Origin: a virus
Lineage: Duplodnaviria; Caudoviricetes
Length of the DNA stretch: 64,000 bases
Virus record (IMG/VR): IMGVR_UViG_3300044711_000095
Coordinates: 1-64,000 of that record
Reading direction: 5' to 3' (one strand)
Below are positions 18,767 to 26,127 of the stretch, one piece after another. The notes beneath the pieces are model-generated. The model did no database searches. It was given only the letters and a program-made list of their open reading frames with translations, and was not told the origin of the DNA. Position numbers and translations under genes: made by a program. How positions within the stretch are numbered: the stretch's first letter is position 1; each line of letters begins with the position of its first letter.

Positions 18767-18918
18767 ACCTGTTCGTCCTGATCCTGCTGGTCCTCGGCCT
18801 GGTCCTGTTCATCCTCGCCGGGTTCGGGGTCCCGTCCCGGTGGAACCTGGTCGCGTTCGGCCTCGCGTGTTGGATCCTCACCGTCCTGATCGCCTCACCG
18901 ATGGTGTCCGGGAAGTGA
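18763..18918 (+). CDS. Small two-TM membrane protein (51 aa)
   Basis: GGAGG RBS; MNLFVLILLVLGLVLFILAGFGVPSRWNLVAFGLACWILTVLIA. Confidence 0.75.
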   Translation: MNLFVLILLVLGLVLFILAGFGVPSRWNLVAFGLACWILTVLIASPMVSGK

Positions 18919-19151
18919 CCGGCTGGCGGCGGTCGGCGGCGTGTTCGTCGTCGTCCTGTGTCGAAGTCCAGTTCGCGACGTCCACGTTCTCCGGCGGCGA
19001 CAGGTGTGTCGCGGTTGGTGTCGACGGTGAACGGTGGCTGGTCCGGGACTCGAAGGACCCGGCCGGGCCTGTCCTGACGTTCACGCCCACCGAGTGGGCT
19101 GCGTTCGTGGCGGGCGTGAAGGCCGGCGAGTTCGACCCGCCGGCCGGTTAG
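18915..19151 (+). CDS. DUF397-family protein
   Basis: WRRS..CSSSSCVEV...VRDSKDPAGPVLTFTPTEWAAFVAGVKAGEFD. Confidence 0.85.
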   Translation: MTGWRRSAACSSSSCVEVQFATSTFSGGDRCVAVGVDGERWLVRDSKDPAGPVLTFTPTEWAAFVAGVKAGEFDPPAG

Positions 19152-19249
19152 ACCGTTCGGGCGAAGTTCCCGCGAGCCCACCACAGCAACACCCGCCGCA
19201 CCCGTACCTTGAACGCGCCGGCCCGGCCCCCGACGGGCCGGCAAGACGA

Positions 19250-19302
19250 ACGCACCCCACCTGGTCGCCCTGCGCGGCCCGGGTGGGGTGCGTCTCGTTT
19301 TT
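19250..19302 (+). terminator. Intrinsic terminator at convergent junction
   Basis: 15-bp stem ACGCACCCCACCTGG/CCGGGTGGGGTGCGT then CTCGTTTTT; second hairpin at 19217-19242. Confidence 0.75.
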
Positions 19303-19313
19303 GTCCGCCGGAC

Positions 19314-19436
19314 CTAACCCCCGGGGTCCGTCGGCGGCGGGTCCGTCGGCAACGGCACCGGCGGCGGATCGAACTCGCCCACGAACCGGCCCACCGCGGC
19401 CACCACAGCCCACCAGACGGCCTGGACGGCGTTCAC
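19314..19436 (-). CDS. Small Pro-rich hypothetical protein (40 aa)
   Basis: GTGA overlap with upstream gene. Confidence 0.4.
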   Translation of the reverse strand: MNAVQAVWWAVVAAVGRFVGEFDPPPVPLPTDPPPTDPGG

Positions 19437-19621
19437 CGGCCGGGCTCCGCGCACACGCACCCCGGGAGGGTGCACAGGCGCCTGTGCCCGCCGGGGTTCG
19501 CGGCCCGGTACGTGAACCATTCGGGGTCCATCAGGAAAGCGAACCGGCGGTCAGCGGCCCGCAGCATCGCCTCGGTGACCGGCCGGGGCGTCGACCAGTC
19601 GACCGGCCCGGCGGCCCTCAC
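19433..19621 (-). CDS. Hypothetical protein with C-terminal Cys cluster
   Basis: GTGA overlaps; ...HRRLCTLPGCVC. Confidence 0.5.
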   Translation of the reverse strand: MRAAGPVDWSTPRPVTEAMLRAADRRFAFLMDPEWFTYRAANPGGHRRLCTLPGCVCAEPGR

Positions 19622-19869
19622 CGGGCCACCAACCACACCACGAGGGTGATCAGAGCGGCGGGCGACAGGGCCACCAGGTACGGCAGGGACCTCTGCCACG
19701 GCGACCGGTCGTAGAAACCCGACGAGTGCCGGCCCGCGGGGGTGCCGGGCGGCACCCATTCGATGGCGGACACGACCAGGCCGTCCGCCCGGCCCGTCAG
19801 CGCCTGGGTGCGGGCCCGGGCGGCGGCACGGGCAACCACCACATCCACGTCGTCCACGGGCCGGTTCAC
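19618..19869 (-). CDS. Hypothetical membrane protein
   Basis: C-terminal TM LPYLVALSPAALITLVVWLVA; GTGA overlaps. Confidence 0.55.
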   Translation of the reverse strand: MNRPVDDVDVVVARAAARARTQALTGRADGLVVSAIEWVPPGTPAGRHSSGFYDRSPWQRSLPYLVALSPAALITLVVWLVAR

Positions 19870-20147
19870 AGGGCACGCGCCTGCTCCGCGAGCTGGGACC
19901 GCAACCGGGCCGCGACCCGCGACAAGGCCCGCAGGTCACCGACCAGGGCCGGGTCCTTCCCGGACATCGCGGCCGACATACCCAACGTGGCGATCCCGGA
20001 CGTGAGGACCGCGGCCATGTTGACCAGCTCCCGGGGGTCACCGCGGTCCTGGGCGGGGTCCGGGTTGATGTCGAGTTCGGTCCGCTGCCGGGGCGTCAGG
20101 TCGGGGTACGCGGACAGGGGGGTCGCAACGAACGTGGTGGTGGACAT
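19866..20147 (-). CDS. Hypothetical protein
   Basis: ATG 20147 with GGA-type RBS; MSTTTFVATPLSAYPDL. Confidence 0.6.
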   Translation of the reverse strand: MSTTTFVATPLSAYPDLTPRQRTELDINPDPAQDRGDPRELVNMAAVLTSGIATLGMSAAMSGKDPALVGDLRALSRVAARLRSQLAEQARAL

Positions 20148-20297
20148 GGTCGGGGTCCGTTTCCGTGAGCGGGGGGATGCTGACCACGAGTTCATCGGCC
20201 CCCGCCGCGCGTTCCTTGAGCCCGAGGCGCCAGATGTCGCCCGGACGGCCGAATGCCCGGCCCACGGGAGAGGCCGGGCACTCGGTGAACCATCCTG

Positions 20298-21908
20298 TCA
20301 GGACATGAACGGCCAGTCCTGCGACCTGGCCCGCTCGATCAGGGGAATCAGTCGGAAAGCAGCGTCGGTCAGGCCACCGAACGTGTGCCGGTTCTCCGCC
20401 CCGGCCGCACCGTGCCCCGGCCGGTACCCGCCCACGTTCCACGTGTACATGGGCACACCGGCAGGAACCGCAGAGTCCACCGAGCTGCCCGACTGCGACA
20501 ACGCGGTCTGCTCATCTGTGATCACGATGACCCGGTCGTGGCCCTGGTAGTTCTCCACGATCGCCCGGGGCGTGTCCGTACCCGAGTCCATCCGGAACCG
20601 GCCCATCACCGCTAGGACGGCGTCACCCTTCCCGACCGGCACCCGGTAATGGGTGAACCCGTAGCCGACCAGGTCCGCTGACTCCGCGCGGACCGCGACC
20701 GCAGCGCCGAACAGTTTCGCCTGGTCCGCGAGGCTGATGTCCGACCGGTTCGAGGTCGAATAGTGGTAGCCGGGGAACATCGACGGGGACTGGTCGACGC
20801 AGATCAGCGTGCGGCCCGGCAGTGCGGGGACGTTCGTTAGGGAAGCGGTCAGCGCCTTCTCCAACGCGTGGCCCCACCGCAGGGACCCGACGGCTGTGTG
20901 CGCGGCGTAGTACCGGAACGGGAACTGCCGGGACCTCCGCACCTCGTCCGGGTCGCAGATCCTGGCGGCGACCTGCTCCGCGATGTCGTCGGGGACACCA
21001 GCCTGGTCGAAGTTCCGCAGGTTCCGGACCAACGCCATCGTTCCCATGCTGGGGATGACCCACGACCACGCCTCGGCGTCCATCCCGCCGGGGATCCATC
21101 CCGACAGCCACTCCCACGTCGCGCCGGCGTGGCCGAGCGCCCCGGACGGTCCACGGCCGTTCTCCCGGAGGATGTCCCGCCGGTGCTCGGCGGGGATGGA
21201 CTCCAGCCACTGCCGGAACTCCACGGCAGGGAGTGACCCCGCCTCGATCCGCACGTCCCCGGCGTGGTGACGGCGGTCCAGTAGGTACCGGAAGAGTGCC
21301 GCCTGGGACGGGTCCGTTGGCTCCGGGTGCACCAGCTCCACCACGTCACCCATCCGCCACTTCCCGCCGGTCCCGTCGTACTTGAGGGCCGCCCGCTCTG
21401 TGAACATCCGGGCTACCGCGTCCGCGACGCCACGCTTCACCGGCTTCGGGACCGCCCGGCCGTACCGGTTCGTCCAGTACGCGAGCATCTCGGCCGGCTC
21501 GTCGGGCCGCTGCAACGCAGACGCGATGATCTTCCGGTTCGTGGTGTCCGACACGATCTGGGTGGTCAGCCGCTCCCGGACCGTCTCCGCCGCCAGCACC
21601 ACCGCCGCGGACCGCATGTTCAGCTCGGCCCGCAGCCACGGAACGAACCGGGCCACCCACTCGGGGTCCTCTCGGGTCACCTGACGGGCCAGGTCCACGA
21701 ACCGGGAGTCCCGGACGGCCCCGGCCTCGTAGAACGTGTCCTCGCTGACCTTGTTCGCGGCGGCGAGGAGGAACAGTTCCGACTTCGCGTCCCGGACGGA
21801 CCCGTGGCCGCCCTCGTGGGTGCGGGTGGCCGGGTCGGTGGTGGCGGTCACGGGCGACGTGATCCCGGCGGCGCCGAGGGTGCGGGTGGCGTTCGCGAAC
21901 TTCGACAT
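20298..21908 (-). CDS. rsr: Ro60/TROVE RNA-binding protein (Rsr ortholog) with C-terminal vWA domain
   Basis: THEGG.G..RDAKSELFLLA, DTFYE, LR.E.NMRS, LQRPDEPAEML, VPKPVKRGVADA, MALVRNLRNF, SRQFPFRY; vWA VDQSPSM, SGTDT, ITDEQ; GGAGA RBS. Confidence 0.95.
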   Translation of the reverse strand: MSKFANATRTLGAAGITSPVTATTDPATRTHEGGHGSVRDAKSELFLLAAANKVSEDTFYEAGAVRDSRFVDLARQVTREDPEWVARFVPWLRAELNMRSAAVVLAAETVRERLTTQIVSDTTNRKIIASALQRPDEPAEMLAYWTNRYGRAVPKPVKRGVADAVARMFTERAALKYDGTGGKWRMGDVVELVHPEPTDPSQAALFRYLLDRRHHAGDVRIEAGSLPAVEFRQWLESIPAEHRRDILRENGRGPSGALGHAGATWEWLSGWIPGGMDAEAWSWVIPSMGTMALVRNLRNFDQAGVPDDIAEQVAARICDPDEVRRSRQFPFRYYAAHTAVGSLRWGHALEKALTASLTNVPALPGRTLICVDQSPSMFPGYHYSTSNRSDISLADQAKLFGAAVAVRAESADLVGYGFTHYRVPVGKGDAVLAVMGRFRMDSGTDTPRAIVENYQGHDRVIVITDEQTALSQSGSSVDSAVPAGVPMYTWNVGGYRPGHGAAGAENRHTFGGLTDAAFRLIPLIERARSQDWPFMS

Positions 21909-21927
21909 GGCTGGTCTCCAGACGTGG

Positions 21928-21964
21928 GGAAGGGGGCCTGACACACGTATACGTCGGCCCCTTC
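21928..21964. other. Hairpin between ncRNA array and Ro60 RBS
   Basis: GAAGGGGGCC..GAC / GTC.GGCCCCTTC stem. Confidence 0.5.
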
Positions 21965-21974
21965 ACGTCACACT

Positions 21975-22126
21975 CATGGATGCCCGAGGACCAGGTCGGC
22001 TCGACGGAATTTAGCGCTCTACCAACTGAGCTACGGCCCGGCCTAGACCGAACCGGCGGGACTCGAACCCGTGACCTCTCGAACCAGAATCGAAGTACCG
22101 CCGTGCCTGCGCACCGGGCATCCATG
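21975..22126 (-). ncRNA. Y-RNA-like (YrlA-type) unit A, circularly permuted tRNA mimic
   Basis: 12-bp terminal stem CATGGATGCCCG/CGGGCATCCATG; T arm CGGG-UUCGAGU-CCCG, loop-closed acceptor CGGUUCGG/CCGGGCCG, D arm UAGCUCAGUUGGUAGAGC; scaffold CGGUGCG..UACUUC..GGUCCUCG. Confidence 0.85.
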
Positions 22127-22129
22127 TGT

Positions 22130-22237
22130 GTGCACGAGGACCGTCCGGTCAGGGGATTGCAGGGATCGAACCCTGCGGTCGGACCCTGCGGCCCAACTTT
22201 CATGCCAGAAGTACCCCTGTGCCTTCGCACCGTGCAC
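22130..22237 (-). ncRNA. Y-RNA-like unit B, T-arm-only inner domain
   Basis: Terminal stem GTGCACG/CGTGCAC; same scaffold motifs; GCAGGG-UUCGAU-CCCUGC hairpin; no D arm. Confidence 0.7.
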
Positions 22238-22255
22238 GAACTATTCAATTATGTG

Positions 22256-22395
22256 GGGCGCGCGAGGACCCCTGACGTTGAAGCTGACATGTCGGCTGCT
22301 CTGCCAATTGAGCTACGGAACCGTGTGGCCCCGACCGGACTTGAACCGGCAACCCGCTGATTAGGAAGTAAGCCTCAACTACGCACCGCGCGCCC
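22256..22395 (-). ncRNA. Y-RNA-like (YrlA-type) unit C, circularly permuted tRNA mimic
   Basis: 9-bp terminal stem GGGCGCGCG/CGCGCGCCC; GCCGG-UUCAAGU-CCGGU T arm, CGGGGCC-ACAC-GGUUCCG closed acceptor, UAGCUCAAUUGGCAGAGC D arm; same scaffold. Confidence 0.85.
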
Positions 22396-22408
22396 TATGC
22401 AGTTAGGT

Positions 22409-22480
22409 GAGCGAGGACCGTGCGCCCGACCCGACGGGTTCTCTTAACAGGAGGAAGTAGGGCCAGGCTGCGCACCGCTC
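22409..22480 (-). ncRNA. Y-RNA-like unit D, minimal scaffold without tRNA arms
   Basis: GAGCG/CGCTC terminal stem; CGGUGCG, UACUUC, GGUCCUCG conserved; inner stem GCCUGGCCC/GGGUCGGGC. Confidence 0.6.
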
Positions 22481-22599
22481 GATCCACAGAGAACCACAGC
22501 GGGCCGACAGTCGTCCACCGGGTACCCCCAGTTGGGCGTGCCATGGAGATTTGGTGCCGGGGGCTCAGGTCGGCCCAGTCGCTGGCCCCCGGCGGACGC

Positions 22600-22629
22600 A
22601 TCCTGACCCTAAACGGTGCGGGCATGCAA
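22600..22629 (-). promoter_or_regulatory. Candidate promoter for ncRNA-Ro60 transcript
   Basis: TTGCAT-18 bp-CAGGAT; the predicted start falls at a 9-bp hairpin GCCGGGGGC/GCCCCCGGC (22556-22593). Confidence 0.35.
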
Positions 22630-22656
22630 GTGTCGTCGCTGTCCGTGTACGCCCGT

Positions 22657-23061
22657 TCAGCCGCCCGTAAGCACCCGCGCCTCGGGCCGGAACGGTGACC
22701 GCCGGGCCCGGAGGCCCCCCACGTGGTGGGCGACGGACCGCAGTTCGGCCTCGTCGAGGCCGTCGAGGATCCCGTGGTGTGGCGGGCACCTGTGGGGGAC
22801 GGGGAACCCGAGGGTGTGCCCGACGTGCTCTACGGGGTTCCAGTCGTCCACGGCTTGTAGGGCGCGGATCCTGGCGAGGCACCGGTGGGTGTGGGGTGTT
22901 CGGAACCCGACGATCTGGGTGCGTTCGTCGAGGAGTAGGTCGAGGAGTTGGGTGGACAGCCCGGATTCGTCGGCGAGGGATGCGAGGTCGGGTCGCGGGC
23001 CGAGGCGGTAACGGAGCCACTGGTTGAGGGTCATGTCTTCGACTGGGGGAAGGGTCGGCAT
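22657..23061 (-). CDS. Putative HTH DNA-binding protein (candidate repressor)
   Basis: LNQWLRYRLG..PDLASLADESGLSTQLLDLLL HTH-like pattern; divergent from early operon. Confidence 0.45.
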   Translation of the reverse strand: MPTLPPVEDMTLNQWLRYRLGPRPDLASLADESGLSTQLLDLLLDERTQIVGFRTPHTHRCLARIRALQAVDDWNPVEHVGHTLGFPVPHRCPPHHGILDGLDEAELRSVAHHVGGLRARRSPFRPEARVLTGG

Positions 23062-23249
23062 GCCCTACATGGTCCGTGGATGTGTGGTTTCCGGCAAGCG
23101 TCCGTTCGACACGCCGCATGGGTGAACGTGTAGCCATCCGGCCACGCAGCGCAGTAACGTCGTCTGCACACACCACCCGCGGAACCACCCCGACCCTGTC
23201 GGACCCACGCGGGACCATCACCCCAACCAAACCCACCCGGGAGCACCCC

Positions 23250-23423
23250 ATGCCCTACACGAACGACGGCACCCCCGTGCCCTACGACCGCGACGACGTG
23301 TACGACCAGGACGCCGACCGACCCGTCGACCTCACCGACCCCGACCGGGACCTGCCCGTCGACCCGGACCGGGACGTGTACACCGAACTGGCGTGGGCCC
23401 GTTCCCTGTGGGACACCAAGTGA
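23250..23423 (+). CDS. Small acidic hypothetical protein
   Basis: GGGAG RBS; MPYTNDGTPVPYDRDD... Confidence 0.6.
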   Translation: MPYTNDGTPVPYDRDDVYDQDADRPVDLTDPDRDLPVDPDRDVYTELAWARSLWDTK

Positions 23424-23749
23424 CCGACCAGATGCTGGACCGCGGCTACACCCCGTCCGTGACCGCCCAGATCCGGCGGGTCGCCACCCGGCTGCGGCTC
23501 CTTCGGACCCTCGAAGGGCTGTCCCTACGCGCCGCCGCCGAGAAATCCGGCACCCCCGCAGTCGTGATCGGCGCGTACGAACGGTCCGACCGGCTTCCCA
23601 CCTTGGGGACCCTGTTCACGTACCTGGACGGGATGGGCTGGACGATCTGGGATGTCCTGCCCCCACCGCCCGGGTATGAGCGGTCCCTGACGAACACGGA
23701 GCGAGCTGAGGTGCTCGAAGCGGTCGCCGCGGACCTGAGGGCCCGGTGA
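23420..23749 (+). CDS. XRE/Cro-C1 HTH transcriptional regulator
   Basis: RLRLLRTLEGLSLRAAAEKSG...IGAYERSDRLPTLGTL. Confidence 0.85.
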   Translation: MTDQMLDRGYTPSVTAQIRRVATRLRLLRTLEGLSLRAAAEKSGTPAVVIGAYERSDRLPTLGTLFTYLDGMGWTIWDVLPPPPGYERSLTNTERAEVLEAVAADLRAR

Positions 23750-23859
23750 ACGCCGCGATGGCCGCCGCCCCGGGGACCGTGGGTGACGCGATCGGTTTGG
23801 CCGCGTTCGGGATCGTCATCACGTGGGCTGTCGTCGAGCTGTTGAAGGGGCTGTTCTAG
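23746..23859 (+). CDS. Small TM peptide (37 aa)
   Basis: GTGA overlap; IGLAAFGIVITWAVVELL. Confidence 0.5.
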   Translation: MNAAMAAAPGTVGDAIGLAAFGIVITWAVVELLKGLF

Positions 23860-24132
23860 GTGGCCCGCGGCGCGGCCCTCGCCGAGGACATCGTGTGGGT
23901 CTACCGGACCGTGGGTGGTGTCACCGCCCAACAGATCGCCGAGCGGCTCGGGATCCGGAGCGTCTCAACCGTGTACCGGGCCCTCGACGCGGCCGGCCTG
24001 TCGGACGTCGCTGGGACGCTGCGGTCGCGGGGGGCGGCGGCCAGCACCGGCGGATTCAACTGCGGGTCCGGTGTGTGCCCCAGATGTAACGGCACGTACA
24101 AGGCCCGGTACGGGACGAGGAGAGCAGCGTGA
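23860..24132 (+). CDS. HTH DNA-binding protein with C-terminal Cys cluster
   Basis: TAQQIAERLGIRSVSTVYRAL; CGSGVCPRC. Confidence 0.7.
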   Translation: MARGAALAEDIVWVYRTVGGVTAQQIAERLGIRSVSTVYRALDAAGLSDVAGTLRSRGAAASTGGFNCGSGVCPRCNGTYKARYGTRRAA

Positions 24133-24962
24133 CGGAAACGACAGCCTGGGGGATCACCCCCGAGCAGTACACGTACCTACGGCAGGCGATCAACCAGAAC
24201 CGGGTCCGGGAACTGTCCGGGAACTCCCACCTGGAGGCGTGGGACGTCCGCAGGACCCTGACCCGAGTGTTCGGGTTCGGGGGCTGGGACGTGGAGACCC
24301 GCGACCTGGTCCTGGTCAAGGAGATCGAGATCCCTCCGCGTTCGGAGGGCGGGAAGTCCCGGTGGACGGTCGTGTACCGGGCTGACGTCCGGCTGGTCAT
24401 CAAGGACGCCGCCGGGCGGGAGATATGCCACTTCGACGATTCGGCGGCCGGAGATTCGCAGAACCAGCCGGTGGTCGGCGACGCCCACGACCACGCGATG
24501 AAGACGGCCCTGTCGCAGGCGTTGAAGCGGTGCGCGGTGAACCTCGGTGACCAGTTCGGCTTGTCGCTGTACGACAAGCGCCGGGTCGAGGGGACGTCGG
24601 TGGTAGGTGGCTCGCTGGTCCGGCCGGCGTCGGAGCCGACGGTTACGGTGGAGGACGCCACACCGGTCACAGGCGGGGAGTTGGACGACAACCAGGACGT
24701 GGGCGACGCCCCCTACGAGGCCGTACCTGTCGCGCCCGTACCGCCGCGTCCACCGGTGATGACGAAGGCCGAGCGGTCGGCGCTGCTCGACGCGATCATC
24801 ATCGGCGCCGAATCGGTCGGAGTCAGCCGGTTGGACGCCGCGAAGAGGTTCGCCGACAAGTACGGAACCCAGATCGGTGAGGGTTTGAAAGCGGACCTGG
24901 AGGCGTTCCGGGACGAGTTCCGGGCCTTGTGGGTCGCCAAGCGACGGGAGAACGCGCAGTGA
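24129..24962 (+). CDS. Rad52/Rad22-family ssDNA annealing protein (Sak-like)
   Basis: SHLEAWDVRRTLTRVFGFGGW...AHDHAMKTALSQALKRCAVNLGDQFGLSLYDK. Confidence 0.9.
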   Translation: MTETTAWGITPEQYTYLRQAINQNRVRELSGNSHLEAWDVRRTLTRVFGFGGWDVETRDLVLVKEIEIPPRSEGGKSRWTVVYRADVRLVIKDAAGREICHFDDSAAGDSQNQPVVGDAHDHAMKTALSQALKRCAVNLGDQFGLSLYDKRRVEGTSVVGGSLVRPASEPTVTVEDATPVTGGELDDNQDVGDAPYEAVPVAPVPPRPPVMTKAERSALLDAIIIGAESVGVSRLDAAKRFADKYGTQIGEGLKADLEAFRDEFRALWVAKRRENAQ

Positions 24963-25534
24963 CCGATCCCTTGTTGGACGAGTTCGACGACCCGGAGTCG
25001 TGGGATGTCCCCGAAGACTGGACCGAGGACGCGGCGGTGGAGGTCGCCGACTTGGCGATGGCCACCGAACTGTCCCGGAAGTTGCGGGGCGTGGATCGTT
25101 GGCTGGCCGAGCTGGACGCTCGGGCCGAGGCGGAACTGGACCGGCTGCAGCGGCGCGCGGTAGAGGTGTCCGCGCGGGCCCGGCGACGGCGGGCGTGGAT
25201 CGTCGCCCAGTTGGAGGCGTACGCGCTGGATCGCCGGCATCGGTACGGGGAGAAGACCACGGAGCTGATGTATGCGGTGGTGAAGACCACAGAGTGCGGC
25301 GGCGGGTGGACGGCCGACGAAGACGCGATCGACTGGGCCCGGTTCAACGCTCCGGAGCTGTTGGCGACCAACCCGAAACTGAAGATCGCCGACGCGAAGA
25401 ACCGGCCCGGGTGGAAGGTCGATGGGGACAGGGTGTTGGACGTCGAGACGGGCGAGTTCATCCCCGGCATCACGGTGGCACCGAAGGGCGTCAACGTGAC
25501 CGTGAAGGTTCTCCCGGATGGGAGCGGTCGATGA
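24959..25534 (+). CDS. Mu Gam-like host-nuclease inhibitor
   Basis: Coiled coil, then WARFNAPELL.TNPKLKIADAK...DVETGEFIPGITV. Confidence 0.7.
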   Translation: MTDPLLDEFDDPESWDVPEDWTEDAAVEVADLAMATELSRKLRGVDRWLAELDARAEAELDRLQRRAVEVSARARRRRAWIVAQLEAYALDRRHRYGEKTTELMYAVVKTTECGGGWTADEDAIDWARFNAPELLATNPKLKIADAKNRPGWKVDGDRVLDVETGEFIPGITVAPKGVNVTVKVLPDGSGR

Positions 25535-26127
25535 CCGGCATGCCGTGGCTGTTGGAGACGGACGTGGAGACGACCGGTACCGGTCGTGGTGTCCATGTTC
25601 TGGAGGTCGGGTTCCGGGTCCTCGACCGGGACCTGGAGGCCCTCGCGGAACGGGCGTGGGTGGTGCCGTACACCCCGCGTTGGGTCGCCGCGTTGCGGGC
25701 CCTTGCCGAGCCGGTGGTGGTGGAGATGCATGACCGTTCCGGGCTGTGGGTGGCGTGCGTGGAGGAGGCTCAGCGGGCCGACCGGTACGACCCTGCAGAC
25801 AATGTGGACGAGTGGCTTGAGAGCCTCGTGGACGAGATCGCCGAGTGGGTCGCAGTGAACGCCCCGGGGAAGCTGCGGTTGTGCGGGTCGTCCGTCCACC
25901 ACGACCGGGCCTGGCTCATCGATTTCGTCCCCGGGTTCGCCGACATGGTCCACCACCGGGTCGTGGACGTGTCCACGGTGAAGTCGCTGGTGGAGGAGTG
26001 GTGGCCGGAGTTGGCGCAGGGCCGGCCGGAGCCGAGGAAGACGCACCGGGTGCTCCCAGACATGGAGGACACGTCGGCTGAGTTGGCGTTCTACCGGTCC
26101 CGGCTGGCGCTGGCGGTGACCGAGTGA
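25531..26127 (+). CDS. orn: Oligoribonuclease (DEDDh 3'-5' exonuclease)
   Basis: DVETTG, EMHDRSGL, CGSSVHHDR, HHRVVDVSTVK, HRVLPDMEDTSAELAFYR. Confidence 0.85.
   Translation: MTGMPWLLETDVETTGTGRGVHVLEVGFRVLDRDLEALAERAWVVPYTPRWVAALRALAEPVVVEMHDRSGLWVACVEEAQRADRYDPADNVDEWLESLVDEIAEWVAVNAPGKLRLCGSSVHHDRAWLIDFVPGFADMVHHRVVDVSTVKSLVEEWWPELAQGRPEPRKTHRVLPDMEDTSAELAFYRSRLALAVTE

Noticed and set aside
21975-22395. Canonical tRNA genes
   Set aside because: The T arm precedes the D arm, the acceptor is loop-closed, and there is no intact anticodon loop or CCA end; these fit YrlA-type mimics better. Circularly permuted tRNA genes of the red-algal type are unlikely because the halves sit inside a Ro-type scaffold shared with units that lack tRNA arms.
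22481-22600. Fifth Y-RNA-like unit
   Set aside because: GAGGACC, GAAGTA and CGCACC scaffold motifs are absent; only an unrelated hairpin is present.
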